Below, in pieces: positions 1-11,830 of a DNA stretch of 64,000 bases. Below the pieces are notes generated by a model, which searched no databases, had not been told where the DNA came from, and worked only from the letters and a program-made list of their open reading frames with translations. How positions within the stretch are numbered: position 1 is the first letter of the stretch; each line of letters opens with the position of its first letter. The DNA is from Cetorhinus maximus. Lineage: Eukaryota. The stretch spans positions 49,228,001 to 49,292,000 of the forward strand of contig NC_135902.1 in NCBI RefSeq assembly GCF_964194155.1. Direction: 5' to 3'. Made by a program: the position numbers and the translations under genes.

Positions 1-362
1 TTAGGAGGAAAATTTGAGCCTATAATTATTGAAGTTTAAAAGAATGAAGGGGCTTGACAGGGTAAATGCTGAGAGGATGTTTCCCCTGGTGGGGGAAATC
101 TAGAACTAGGTGGCATTGCTTCAAAATAAGGGACACCCATTTAAGATAAAGGCGAGGGGGAATTTCTTCTCTCAAGCAGTTGTGAATCTACCGAATTTGC
201 TGCCCCAGAGAACTGTGGAGGCTGAGTTGTTGAATATATTCAAGGTTGAACTGTAAGGGAGTCAAGAGTTAATGGGGAACAGGCAGGAAAGTGGAGGGAC
301 ATAATGACACAACGTCATGATCTAGAGGCCATATGGCCTTCTCCTATTTCTTATGTTCTTAT
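1..362 (+). mobile_element. CR1-type LINE 3' fragment
   Basis: RT C-terminal remnant and TTCTTATGTTCTTAT tail shared with other copies in the window. Confidence 0.75.
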
Positions 363-965
363 AAACACTATGGCTACAAGAGCAGGTCAGAGGCTGGGAA
401 TTCAGAAGAAAGTAACTCATCTCATGATTCCTCAAAGCCTGTCCACCATCTGCAAGTCAGGAATGTGATGGAAAACTCTCCACTTGCCTGGATGATTGCA
501 GCTTCAACACTCAAGGAGCTCAACATCATCCAAGACAAAGCAGCCCCTTGATCAGCAACCCATCCGCCACCTTAAACATTCATTCCCTCTACCACTGGTG
601 CACAGTGGTAACACTGTATACCATATACAAGGTCCATTGCAGCAACTCAGCAAGTCTCCTTCAACACCACCATCCAACCTGGTGACCTCTATCACCTAGA
701 AGGACAAGAACAGCAGATGCATGCGAACACCAACGCTTGCAAGTTTCCCTCCAAACCACACACCACCCTGACTTGGAATTATATCACCATTCCTTCAATG
801 TTACTGGGTCAATACCTTCCTAACAGCACTCTGAGTGTACCTCTACCACACGGACTACAGCAGTTTAAGAAGGCAGCTCACCACCACCTCCTCAAGGACA
901 ATTAGGGATGGAGAATAAGTGCTGGCCTTGCCAGTGACGATCACACTCCATGAACAAATAAAAAA
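363..965 (+). mobile_element. LINE 3' fragment (second CR1/L2-like family)
   Basis: VMENSPLAWMIAASTLKELNIIQDKAA; same family recurs at ~29660-30400 and ~18040-18450. Confidence 0.65.
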
Positions 966-1074
966 GCTGACTAGTTGAATGCTTGTGAAACAATGGAACA
1001 TGTCAATTGTTCAAACAACAGAATAAATAGAGCAGGAGTCTTCATTTGTGAAATCAAATACATAAAAGATTGTA

Positions 1075-1395
1075 AAAGTAAAAAACTGCAGATGCTGGAA
1101 ATCCAAAACAAAAATAAAAATACCTGGAGAAACTCAGCAGGTCTGGCAGCATCTGCGGAGAGGAACACAGTTAACGTTTCGAGTCTGTATGACTCTTCAA
1201 CAGAACTAAGTAAAAATAGAAAAGAGGTGAAATATAAGCTGGTTTGGAGGAGGGCGGGGGGGCTGCACAGGACAGGTAGAGCTGGATAGAGGGCCAGTGA
1301 TAGGTGGAGATAGCCAAAAGATGTCACAGACAAAAGGACAAAGGGGTGTTGAAGGTGGTGATATTATCTAAGGAATGTGCTAATTAAGGGTAAAG
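1075..1395 (-). mobile_element. Penelope-like element 3' terminal fragment with hammerhead-like motif (1169-1207)
   Basis: Near-identical to the terminus of the GIY-YIG/RT element at 3648. Confidence 0.8.
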
Positions 1396-1940
1396 CAGGT
1401 TTTAGTAAACACCTTGTCAAACACCAGGAGAGAAATGGAAAGCAATGAAGGTGAACAAGGCAAAATAAAAGATTGTGCTTTTGAAAGTCAAAAATCAGAA
1501 CAGAGAAATGCTTTGGAAGCTCACAGAAAAGTTTTAAGTTTTGAAAAGACGTAGGATTCAGAAAACCTGGAGATATAAACTAGCGATTTCAACTCATTTC
1601 ATCTTCGCAAGCCTCCCATTATCTTACATAAATGCAAAGTTAGCATTGTCTAGTGCAATTACTACTCACTGCCACAGTACTGTAACATCTAGAATTAGTA
1701 ACACTACCTGTGTGCTGGACGAGGTCCCACTGTTCAGGAGACAGCAAACAAGGAGGGGATGCAGGTGACTTAGAACAAACAAAACTTTAACTGAAAGAAA
1801 ATTCATTTAATTCTTATTTTATACTCATCAAAACGTTCTGCAACTCATCATGGAATATCTTGGTAGGTACAACAAAGAATGAAAAAAATGGAATAAAAAA
1901 GAACAGTTCAAGATACTAAGCAATAATGTTACTATTGTAC

Positions 1941-2460
1941 CTTGCAGTAGATTAGGACGTAGTATAGTGCTCTCCTCCAATAAGTCTTTTAGTGAAGCAA
2001 CAATTTCTTCCTTAGTCAAGTCCTTGTTGCTTAATGGCACTTGCAATGCTGCAGTCTCTATCAGCCTCACTAACCTGTTGTCTGAACTCTGACACCTCAA
2101 CTTATGAGGTGTCGTCACTCCAAATACCTGTTCTCTAGATAATACCACCGAGTCCCACCACTTAGTAGCCAAGTTCTTTTTGAGTTCCATTCCCAAATGT
2201 CCATAATTGTACCAACCATTGATAAGAGCGTCTTGGGTAATTATATCTCCAGTTATAAAATGCCTACTCTGGCAAAGATCAATGAGCGTTTCAGCCAATC
2301 CAGAAAGGTCCGAAGAAGATTTATTGTATTTTCTTGACATCAGGCAAGGGCCAAAGACCTGCCAATCTTGTTGAAACATTTTACTGGAGACCTTCCATTT
2401 CTTCAAGAATGACTTAACAGGAAATTTCATAATCATCAATCCCATGATGGCAAGTTTCAT
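1941..2460 (-). CDS. POLG2: DNA polymerase gamma accessory subunit, first coding exon (gene continues beyond the left edge of the window)
   Basis: Translation LIDLCQSRHF...YGHLGMELKKNLATKWWDSVVLSREQVFGV...LRPNLLQG resembles the POLG2 N-terminus; donor CAAG|GTACAA at 1941/1940; acceptor TACTACAG| at 2537/2536; neighbours DDX5 and CEP95 as in mammals. True start may be Met at 2445 (GCCATCATGG, better Kozak context). Confidence 0.9.
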
Positions 2461-3426
2461 TTATAAGAATTCATAAAGGCAGAATTATCAGAGTGATCTG
2501 AAGTCATTTTAGAACAAGGTTGATGTCACAAAACATCTGTAGTAAAATAAACAGAATATGTAAATGCAAGTAAGCTTATCCATTGTAATAAACATGTTTT
2601 TCCCTTTGAGAATTCCACTTGAGTTAGTAGATTTCAGAACTACAGGTTCTCATATTTATTGATGCTGTAATCAGGTTATTCAGATTAGTTCAGGATAAGA
2701 ACAAGAACTATTAAATATGTTATAGCCCCTCTGCTAAGAGCTACGATAACATTTACAATAGTGTAGTACTACACTAAAGATTTTTAATTTGTACTTTGTG
2801 TTGAATTAGGTAAACTGAATAGAGGGGGAAAATTCTCCAAGGTTCCCACTCCTATTTGTTACCCAATTAACCATATTGGAAATTGTCCATACAGAGATCA
2901 GGCGAGGAAGAAATCAGTCTTTGCTGTAAATCCCCAGCAGCAGAGTTTCCCATTTTAGAACAGCAATTTAAAAACCACTGCAGTGCCCCTCTCACTACCC
3001 CTCTCCCTCGAATTTTTCCTTTTGCCATCCCCCTCAGCCCTTTCCTTCGACCCTCCCCTCAGTCTCCTCCTCTTCTACCACCCCTTCCCAGTCACTTCCT
3101 ATCTCTGTGCCCACTCCCCCCAGTCACCTTCCCTTCCAACCATGACCCCTTCCCTCAGTCACCTCCTCCCCATCCATCTCACCTTCCCTCAAGGCCATAA
3201 CCCTTTCACCAACACCACCACCTTTCCTCAGTCCCATCACCTTCCCCCTGCCCATTTACCCTCAACCCCACTTAGTTTTGTGCAACACAGCAGCAAACCC
3301 AATTACATAATATTTCATATATAAATCTCGGTAGTAGAAAACTCAACGGACAAAGCTGGGGGGGGAAGCCCCAATACACAGAGTGATAATAGCCAGAGTC
3401 CTTAATGTGATTGAAAGAAAATCTAC

Positions 3427-3530
3427 CTCGCACATGCTATCCTCCCTATTGCTGTGCTGACCGTTAAACCGTGCCGTTTAAATGCAGCTCGCGCCACTTC
3501 GAGCCGGCCTCGCGACTTTAATGACATCAC
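3427..3530 (-). other. POLG2: Putative upstream (leader) exon of POLG2
   Basis: CpG-rich stretch ending in donor CGAG|GTAGAT at 3427/3426, directly downstream of ETS/NRF1-like motifs; 5' end approximate. Confidence 0.55.
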
Positions 3531-3626
3531 TTCCTGGAAACCACCGATCAACCAAGCGCGCATGCGTAGTTGTGCGAACTGCCCCCTCCTTTTCCGCTTG
3601 GTAAAGGCATTGTTTTGGCCATCTTG
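3528..3626 (-). promoter_or_regulatory. POLG2 proximal promoter with ETS/GABP-like, NRF1-like and YY1-like motifs
   Basis: CACTTCCTG at ~3528-3536, GCGCATGCGT at 3558-3567, GGCCATCTT at 3617-3625; NRF1 and GABP are established regulators of nuclear-encoded mitochondrial genes. Confidence 0.6.
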
Positions 3627-3647
3627 GTAAAGGAGGTTTTGTTGAAG

Positions 3648-5970
3648 ATAAAAACAAAAAACTGCGGATGCTGGAAATCCAAAACAAAAACACCTGGAAA
3701 AACTCAGCAGGTCTGGCAGCATCGGCGGAGAAGAGCAAAGTTGACGTTTAGAGTCCTCATGACACTTCAACAGAACTAAGTAGAAATTGGAAAGGGGTGA
3801 AATATAAGCTGGTTTAAGGGGGGTGGGGGGGGTTTGTTGGGACAAGTAAGCAGTGATAGGAGGAGATAATCAAAAGATGTCACAGACAAAATACCAAAGA
3901 GGTGTTCAAGGTGGTGATATTATCTAAAAGAATGTGTTAATTAAGATTGGAGAGCAGGACAAGCAAGGTAGCTCTAGTGGGGGTGGGGTGAAATAAACCA
4001 TGGGTGGAATACATTTAAAAATAATGGAAATAGGTGGGAAAAGAAAAATCTATATAAATTATTGGAAAAAACAAAAGGGAGGTAGAAAAAACAGAAAGGG
4101 GGTGGGGATGGAGGAGGGAGTTCAAGATCTAAAGTTGTTGAACTCAATATTCAGACCGGAAGGCTGTAAAGTGCCTAGTCAGAAGATGAGGTGCTGTTCC
4201 TCCAGTTTGCGTTGAGCTTCACTGGAACAATGCAGCAAGCCAAGGACAGACATGTGAGCAAGAGAGCAGGGTGGAGTGTTAAAATGGCAAGCGACAGGGA
4301 GGTCTGGGTCATGCTTGCGGACAGACCAAAGGTGTTCTGAAAAGCGGTCACCCAGTCTGCGTTTGGTCTCTCCAATGTAGAGGAAACCGCATTGGGAGCA
4401 ACGAATGCAGTAGACTAAGTTGGGGGAAATGCAAGTGAAATGCTGCTTCACTTGAAAGGAGTGTTTGGGCCCTTGGACGGTGAGGAGAGAGGAAGTGAAG
4501 GGGCAGGTGTTGCAAATTTTGCGTTTGCATAGGGAGGTGCCGTAGGTGGGGGTTGAGGAGTAGGGGGTGATGGAGGAGTGGACCAGGGTGTCACGGAGGG
4601 AACGATCCCTACGGAATGCCGCCGGGGGGGTGAAGGGAAGATGTGTTTGGTGGTGGCATCATGCTGGAGTTGGCGGAAATGGCGGAGGATGATCCTTTGA
4701 ATGCAGAGGCTGGTGGGGTGATAAGCGAGGACAAGGGGGACCCTATCATGTTTCTGGGAGGGAGGAGAAGGCGTGAGGGCGGATGCGCGGGAGATGGGCC
4801 GGACACGGTTGAGGGCCCTGTCAACTACCGTGGATGGAAAACCTCGGTTAAGGAAGAAGGAGGACATGTCAGAGGAACTGTTTTTGAAGGTAGCATCATC
4901 AGAACAGATGCGACGGAGGCAAAGGAACTGAGAGAATGGGATGGAGTCCTTACAGGAAGCGGGGTGTGAGGAGCTGTAATCGAAGTAGCTGTGGGAGTCG
5001 GTAGGCTTGTAATGGATATTGGGGGACAGTCTATCACCAGAAATTGAGACAGAGAGGTCAAGGAAGGGAAGGGAAGTGTCAGAGATGGATCATGTGAAAA
5101 TGATGGAGGGGTGGAGACTGGAAGCAAAATTAATAAATTTTTCCAGGTCCCAACGAGAGCATGAAGCAGCACCAAAGTAATCATCGATGTACCGGAGAAA
5201 GAGTTGTGGGAGGGGGCCAGAGTAGGACTGGAACAAGGAATGTTCCACATACCCCATAAAGAGACAGGCATAGCTGGGGCCCATGCGGGTACCCATAGCC
5301 ACACCTTTTATTTGGAGGAAGTGAGAGGAGTTAAAGGAGAAATTGTTCAGTGTGAGAACAAGTTCAGCCAGACGGAGGAGAGTAGTGGTGGATGGGGATT
5401 GTTCGGGCCTGTGTTCGAGGAAGAAGCCGAGAGCCCTCAGACTATCCCGGTGGGGGAGGGAGGTGTAGAGGGATTGGACGTCCATGGTGAAGAGGAGATG
5501 GTTGGGGCCAGGGAACTGGAAATTGTTGATGTGACGAAAGGTGTCAAGGAATCACGGATGTAGGTGGGAAGGGACTGGACAAGGGGAGAGAGAAGGGAGT
5601 CAAGATAACGAGAAATGAGTTCCGTGGGGCAGGAACAGGCTGACACGATCGGTCTGCCAGGACAGTCCTGTTTGTGGATTTTGGGTAGGAGGTAGAAGCG
5701 GGCCGTCCGAGGTCGGTCGACTATCAGGTTGGAAGCTGTGGAAGGAAGATCTCCAGAGGAGATGAGGTCAGTGACAGTCCTGGAAACAATGGCTTGATGT
5801 TCAGTGGTGGGGTCATGGTCCAGGGAGAGGTAGGAGGAAGTGTCTGCTTCAGGAGGAAGGAGTCAGGAGGAAGGTTCTGTTGAAGTGTCATACGGACTCG
5901 AAACGTTAACTGTGTCCCTCTCCGCAGATGCTGTCAGACATGCGGAGTTTTTCCAGGTGTTTTTGTTTTG
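3648..5970 (-). mobile_element. Penelope-like retroelement (RT + GIY-YIG endonuclease), 5'-truncated and frameshifted, with an inverted terminal segment at 5873-5970
   Basis: RT motifs DVQSLYT, QIKGVAMGTRMGPSYA, RYIDD; GIY-YIG NLVYCIRCSQCGFLYIGETKRRLGDRFSEH. Confidence 0.92.
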
Positions 5971-6917
5971 GTAAAGGAGGGGCCATCTTACTCGTCAGAC
6001 TCGCAGGCCCCACCCAGCAAATTAAACTCTCGTTAAACACACACCTTATTCAGTTTTAGTGTAGTAACTATTATTCTCATAGAAGGAGAAACTGGATTTT
6101 TGTGAGTAAATATAATTTTGATCCTTATCCCGACATTTTTTGTTAATGTACATAGTGGGCGCTAATTTGGCAAGGGTGTGGGAAGGAGTTAGGAAGGAGG
6201 TACTATCCAGGGTGACCAACTCTGGATGGGAAAGATAAGGGACACTTCGCCGTGGGGCAAGGGGTGCTAACAATGAAGTAAGGTTGGGGGGTGGGGAATG
6301 GTGTTGACAACATTCTGGGAACAGGGCTGGGGAGTTGGCGGTGGGTGGGTTAGATGAAGAGCAGCTCATTGGAGCAGGGGAGGTTGAGTGCTGATGACAC
6401 CGTAGGGGCCGTGCCGGGTGAGGGGGGGTGCAGATGGCACAGTAGGGGGTTGGGAGGGGCTAACGACACTATTGGAGTGGTAGGGTGCTGATGAGGCCAT
6501 GGGAGGCAAATGGGGGAGTTCCACTCACCTCCCCTCATGCCTGCCTGGACCCCTCCTCCCCTTCATGCCTGTCTGGACCCCTCCTCCTCCTCACATCTTC
6601 CTGGATCCAACAATGTAGTCACTGTTGTAATGTAGGAAATGCAGCAGCTAATTTGCACACAGCAAACTCCCACAAACGGCAATGTGTAGTGACCAGATAA
6701 CCTGTATTTCTAATGTTGATTCAGAGCAGGTTCGATGGGTTGAATGGCCTGCTCCTGTTTCTTATGTTATGTTCTTATGAACACCTAGCAAATGAAAGAA
6801 TAGGACGAGGAGCTGAATTTAATCAGCAGTGACTGGCAGCTTATAATTTATTTTGAACAAAAACAAAAATACCTGGAAAAACTCAGCAGGTCTGACAGCA
6901 TCTGCGGAGAGGGATAC

Positions 6918-6956
6918 AGTTGACGTTTCGAGTCCGTATGACCCTTCATCAGAACT
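6918..6956 (-). ncRNA. Minimal type I hammerhead ribozyme motif
   Basis: Reverse complement AGTT-CTGATGA-A-GGGTC(ATACG)GACTC-GAAAC-GTC-AACT. Confidence 0.75.
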
Positions 6957-6972
6957 AAAAAGTATATTTTTT

Positions 6973-7011
6973 AGTTCTGATGAAGGGTCATACAGACTCG
7001 AAACGTCAACT
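6973..7011 (+). ncRNA. Minimal type I hammerhead ribozyme motif
   Basis: AGTT-CTGATGA-A-GGGTC(ATACA)GACTC-GAAAC-GTC-AACT: full core, stem II, GUC cleavage triplet, stem I. Confidence 0.75.
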
Positions 7012-8336
7012 GTATCCCTCTCCGCAGATGCTGTCAGTTCTGCTGAGTTTTTCCAGGTATTTTTGTTTTTGTTCTAGATTTCCAGCATCCGCAGTATTTT
7101 GCTTTTACAATTTATTTTGACAGGTGACAAGATAGAAGAGATGGCTTGACAAACTTGCAGCTGGCATTTGAAATCTAACATCCCCTTCTGTGACCCCATC
7201 AAGTTCCTCTCAACCCAGGAGTAGCAATTCTTCCTCCGCCTAGGAGATTAGAGGGCAGATCAAGGCTTGTGGTCCACCATCTCTAGTCAATCTCTTATTC
7301 TAGTGTCGTGGGCAGAAGGTCAGAATGACCTCTTGTTGGGATGAGATGCAGTTTATCTCAGCTGTCAGAATGTAGATTATAATCATGGTGATGACAGGTG
7401 TATGGAACAGACAACTAGCAAGGCTAAGTCCTGTTTACCAATTAAGTCAGAGCAGAGATCAGAAGGATATACTAAGAGGCTACAAGAGTCATGTCTCTGT
7501 CTGAAGAATTGTGCATGAATATTGCAGAGTAACCACCCTGAGAAGAGGAATCTACCAAGATCTTTTGAGGATAAAATGTGGAAATCTGCTCCATCCAGCT
7601 GCACCTAGGAAGACAACTGAACAAAATGGAACGTGGAATCACCGCATTGTGACCAGCTAAAGGACAATTAACCATATATTTCATTGATTGTTTATTTTCT
7701 TCACAAACTGTAAAAAAATCTTTACATCTATCCTCATGTTCTACCATCTGTACTAGTGTGTGGGGTGGAAGGGGTAGGGAATGTGTGTGATGTATGAATG
7801 AGAGTTATGATTTACCTCATTTTTTAAATTCAGGAAATAGGGTCAGTAAACTTACCTTGTTCTTTTATTTAAAGTCAGAAAACTGTTTGATGAATTCTTT
7901 ATAATCTGAAAGCGTACACAGTGAGATTCCTGCAGTATAGGCAAAGCACATCCTTGCTAAATTCACAACAGAATCTTGTCACAGCCAGAGCTGGAGTGGT
8001 AAGTTAAGGGACCTCTCCTGATGTGGTCCTAATAATATGGACGGAAAAAGTTAGATATAATAGGTTTTAAGCAACTGGAAGTGAGGAGGGTGGATAAAGA
8101 ACAAAAGGGAAAGTCTGTGATATGGCGGAAGGCAGGAGACATTAAATGACAAAATATTTGAGTGGTATTGGGACAAGCAAAGAAATAAAAGATGAGCCTA
8201 GAAAGGAGTGAATGGCAGAATCAGTTGCCATCCAAAAGCAAGAAGAGTACAAGTTAGAGAAACCAAAAGCAGAAAAGATGGAAACAAAATGGTGGTAGAA
8301 GTTACCATCTGAAATTGTTGAACTCAATGTCGAGTC

Positions 8337-10250
8337 CATAAGAACATAAGAGAGAGGAGCAGGAATAGGCCGCTCAGCCCCTCAATCCTCTTCCGCCCCT
8401 CGAGCCTCCTCCGCCAGTCAATAAAATCATAGCTAATCTGATTTGGGCCTTAACTCCACTTTCCTGCCTGCCCTCCATAGCCCTGGACTCCCTTGTAGAT
8501 CAAAAATCTGTCTAACTCAGCCTTGAATATATTCAATTACCAGCTTTCACTGCTCAATGGGGGAGAGAATTCCAAAGATGTATGACCCTCTGAGAGAAGA
8601 AATTCATCCTCCTCTCTGTCTTAAATGGGAGACCCCTTATTTTTAGGCAGTACCCCCTATTTCTAGACTCCCCCTTGAAGGGAAACATCCTCTCAGCATC
8701 TACCCTGTCAAGCCCTCTCAGAATCTTATATATTTCAATCAGAACATCTCTTTCTTCTAAACTCCAATGAGTATATGCCCAACCTGCTCAACCTTTCCTC
8801 ATAAAACAACCCTTTCATTTCAAGAGTCAACCTAGTCTTTGAACTGCCTCCAATGCAAGTATATACAATCTTAAATAAGGAGACCAACTGTACACTGTAC
8901 TCCAGCTGAGGTCTCACCAACGCCCTGTACAACTGTAACAAGACTTTCCTACTTTTATATTCTATCCACCTTTCAATAAAGGCCAATATTCCATTTGCCA
9001 TCCTAATTACTTACTGTACCTGCATAACTTTTTGTGATTTATGTACGAGATGTTCAGATCCCCCTGTACCACAATGTTCTGCAGTCTCTCTCCATTTAAA
9101 TAATAGTTTGCTTTTCTAATCTTACCACCAAAGTGAAAAAGCTCACATTTTCCAAATTTATACTCCTTCTGCCAAATTTTATGCAATCATTTAACCTATC
9201 TTGATCTCTTTGCAGAATCTTTGTGTTCCTCACAACTTGCTTTCCCTTTGTATCATCAGCAGTATACTTAGTCCCTTCACCCAAATCATCAATATAGATT
9301 GTAAATAGTTGAGACCCTAGCATTGATCCCTGTGGTTGCCCACCTGAAACTGACTCTCTGTTTCCTGATAGCTAACCAATCCTCTACCAATACTAATATA
9401 TTAAACCCAACACCATGAGCTTTTAAATTGCGTAATAATCTTTGAGGTGGCACCTTATCAAATACCTTTTGGGAATCAAAATATACTACATCAACTGGCT
9501 CCCCTTTATCCACCCTGCTGGTTACACCCTCAAAAGCTTTAATAAATTTATCAAACACAATTTCCTTTTCATAAAAACATGTTGACTCTGCCTAGTTGTA
9601 TTTTGATTTTCTAAATATCCTACTACTACTTCCTAAATAATGGATTCCAGCATTTTCCAAGGGACAGATGTTCGGCTAACTGGTCTATAGTTTCTTGCTT
9701 TCTGCCTTCTTCCTTTCTTGAATAGAGGTGTTATATTTACAGTTTTCCAATCCACTGGAACCTTTCCAGAATCTAGGGAATTTTGGAAGATTCAACCAAT
9801 GCATCCATTATCTCTGCAGCCACTTTTAAGACCCTAGGATGCAGGCCATCAGGTCCAGGGGACTTAGCAGCCCTTAAACCCATTAGTTTACCTAGAACTT
9901 TTCCTCAAGTGATAGTGATTGTTTCTAAGTTCCTCCCTCCCTTTGGCACCTTGATTTTCTAGTATTCTTGAGATGCTTTTTGTTTCTTGTACCATGAAGA
10001 CAGATGAAAATATATTTATTCAGTCTCTGCTATTTCCTTGTTATTATTAGCAATTCCCCAGTCTCACCCCCTAAGGGACTAATGTTTACTTTAGCTACTA
10101 TTTTCCTTTTTATATACTTGTAGAAGTTCTTACTGCCTGTTTTTATATTTCTTGCCAATTTACTCTTATATTCTAATTTTTTTTCCTTTTCCGTCATCCT
10201 TTGCTGGTTTCTAAAATTTTCCCAATCTTTAGGCCTACCACTAAACTTTG
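8337..10250 (-). mobile_element. CR1 LINE, degraded RT to 3' end
   Basis: [43 protein letters not shown]; CATAAGAACATAAG tail. Confidence 0.88.
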
Positions 10251-10251
10251 C

Positions 10252-11015
10252 AGAAGGCTGTAAAGTGCCCAGTCAAAATAGGGGGTAGTATTCCTTCAGC
10301 TTATGTAGAGTTCATTGAAACACCACAGGAGGCCAAATGCAGAAAGGCCAGAGTGGAAGCAAGGTAGTGAATTAAAATGACAGGTGACTAAAAGCTCATA
10401 GTCATACTTGTGGACTGAATGAAGGTGTTCAATCTGCATTTGGTCTCCCCAGCGTGGAGGAGATTGCATTGTGAACAGTGAATACAGTAGACTAAACTGA
10501 AAGTACAAGTAAGTCATTGTTTCACCAGAGTGGACTTTCTCAGCACACAACAAGAACAGAATTACCTGGAAAAACTCAGCAGGTCTGGCAGCATCGGCGG
10601 AGAAGATAAGAGTTGACGTTTCGAGTCCTCATGACCCTTCAACAGAACTGAGAAGGGTCATGAGGACTCGAAACGTCAACTCTTTTCTTCTCCGCCGATG
10701 CTGCCAGACCTACTGAGTTTTTCCAAGTAATTCTGTTTTTGTTTTGGATTTCCAGCATCCGTAGTTTTTTTTTTATCTATGGACTTCCTCAGGCCCTGGA
10801 CTGTGAGAAGGGAGGAGATTATAGGGCAGCTGTTGCATCTCCTGAACATTTATGGGAAGGTGCTGTGAGGAAGAGGTTTTGGGGGGTGATTGAGGAGTGG
10901 GCCGGTGTGTCACGGAGGGAACAGTCCCTTCAGAAGGCTGAAAGTGGAGCAGGGAAGATTTGTGTGGTGGTGGTATCACCCTGTAGGTGACGGAAATGGC
11001 GGAGGATGATTTGTA
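10252..11015 (-). mobile_element. Old Penelope GIY-YIG fragment, interrupted by a younger palindromic Penelope-terminus insertion (~10550-10775)
   Basis: Diverged match to 4160-4700; inner inverted repeat with approximate TSD TGGACTT(T/C)CTCAG at 10531-10543 and 10780-10792. Confidence 0.8.
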
Positions 11016-11019
11016 AAAG

Positions 11020-11830
11020 GCAGGTGATGCTTGCCTAATCTAACTGAATCTTTTCATGAAGTAACAGAGAAGGCTGATAAAGGGATGTGGACGTAGCATT
11101 GGATGTTGTCCACATGGATTTTAGAAAGCTTTTGGCAAACTATCTCATAAAAGACTGGTTAACAAAATTGAAGCTCATGGAATAGATCAATGTCAGCCTG
11201 GATGAAAAATTGGCTTACGTACAGAAACCAGTGAGTTTGTGCAAAAGGTTATTTTTGGAAATAAAAACAAAATGCTGGAAATACTCAGTAGTTCAGATAG
11301 CATCTGTGGAGACAGAAACCGAGTCATCGAGTCAACGTTACTGGTCCATGACCTTTTGTCAGAATTGGAGGATGGGAGACAGGGGTGTTCAGTGCTAGGG
11401 CTGTTAATACATATATATATATATATATATAGAATGGATGGACAAGTGGCAGATCATATTTAATACAGACAATTGTGAGGTGTTTCATTTTAGCAGAAAA
11501 CATTGGGAGAGGCAATATGGTCTCTAAGCAATGTTCAGGTACAGAGGGATCTGGGGTTCATGTGCATTATCTTTAAAGGTGACCAGGCTTATTCATAGAA
11601 TAATTAACAAAGTATATGAACTCTTGGGCCTGATAAATATCGAGTGCAAAGCAAGGAAGTTGTGCTGTACCTTTATAAAGCTTTGGTTAGGCTACAACTA
11701 GATGCGTGTGTCCAGTTGTGGTCACCACACTTTAGGAAGAATGTGAGGTCCTTGAGAGGGTGCAGAAGAGATTTACCAGAATGGTTCTAATGATGGGGGA
11801 TTTTAGCTTTATTAGGTTAGGCTAGGCTGA
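11020..11830 (+). mobile_element. CR1 LINE RT fragment, with a small Penelope terminus at ~11260-11370 and a (TA)n run
   Basis: Degenerate CR1 RT motifs readable at nucleotide level. Confidence 0.7.

Larger units (their letters stand above)
6857..7108. mobile_element. Palindromic Penelope-terminus dimer carrying two hammerhead motifs
   Basis: ~105 bp inverted arms (6855-6960 / 6968-7074); direct repeat AATTTATTTTGA at 6845-6856 and 7109-7120 (TSD). Confidence 0.88.

Noticed and set aside
2883-3324. Proline-rich ORFs in the POLG2 intron
   Set aside because: Low-complexity C-rich sequence without splice or homology support
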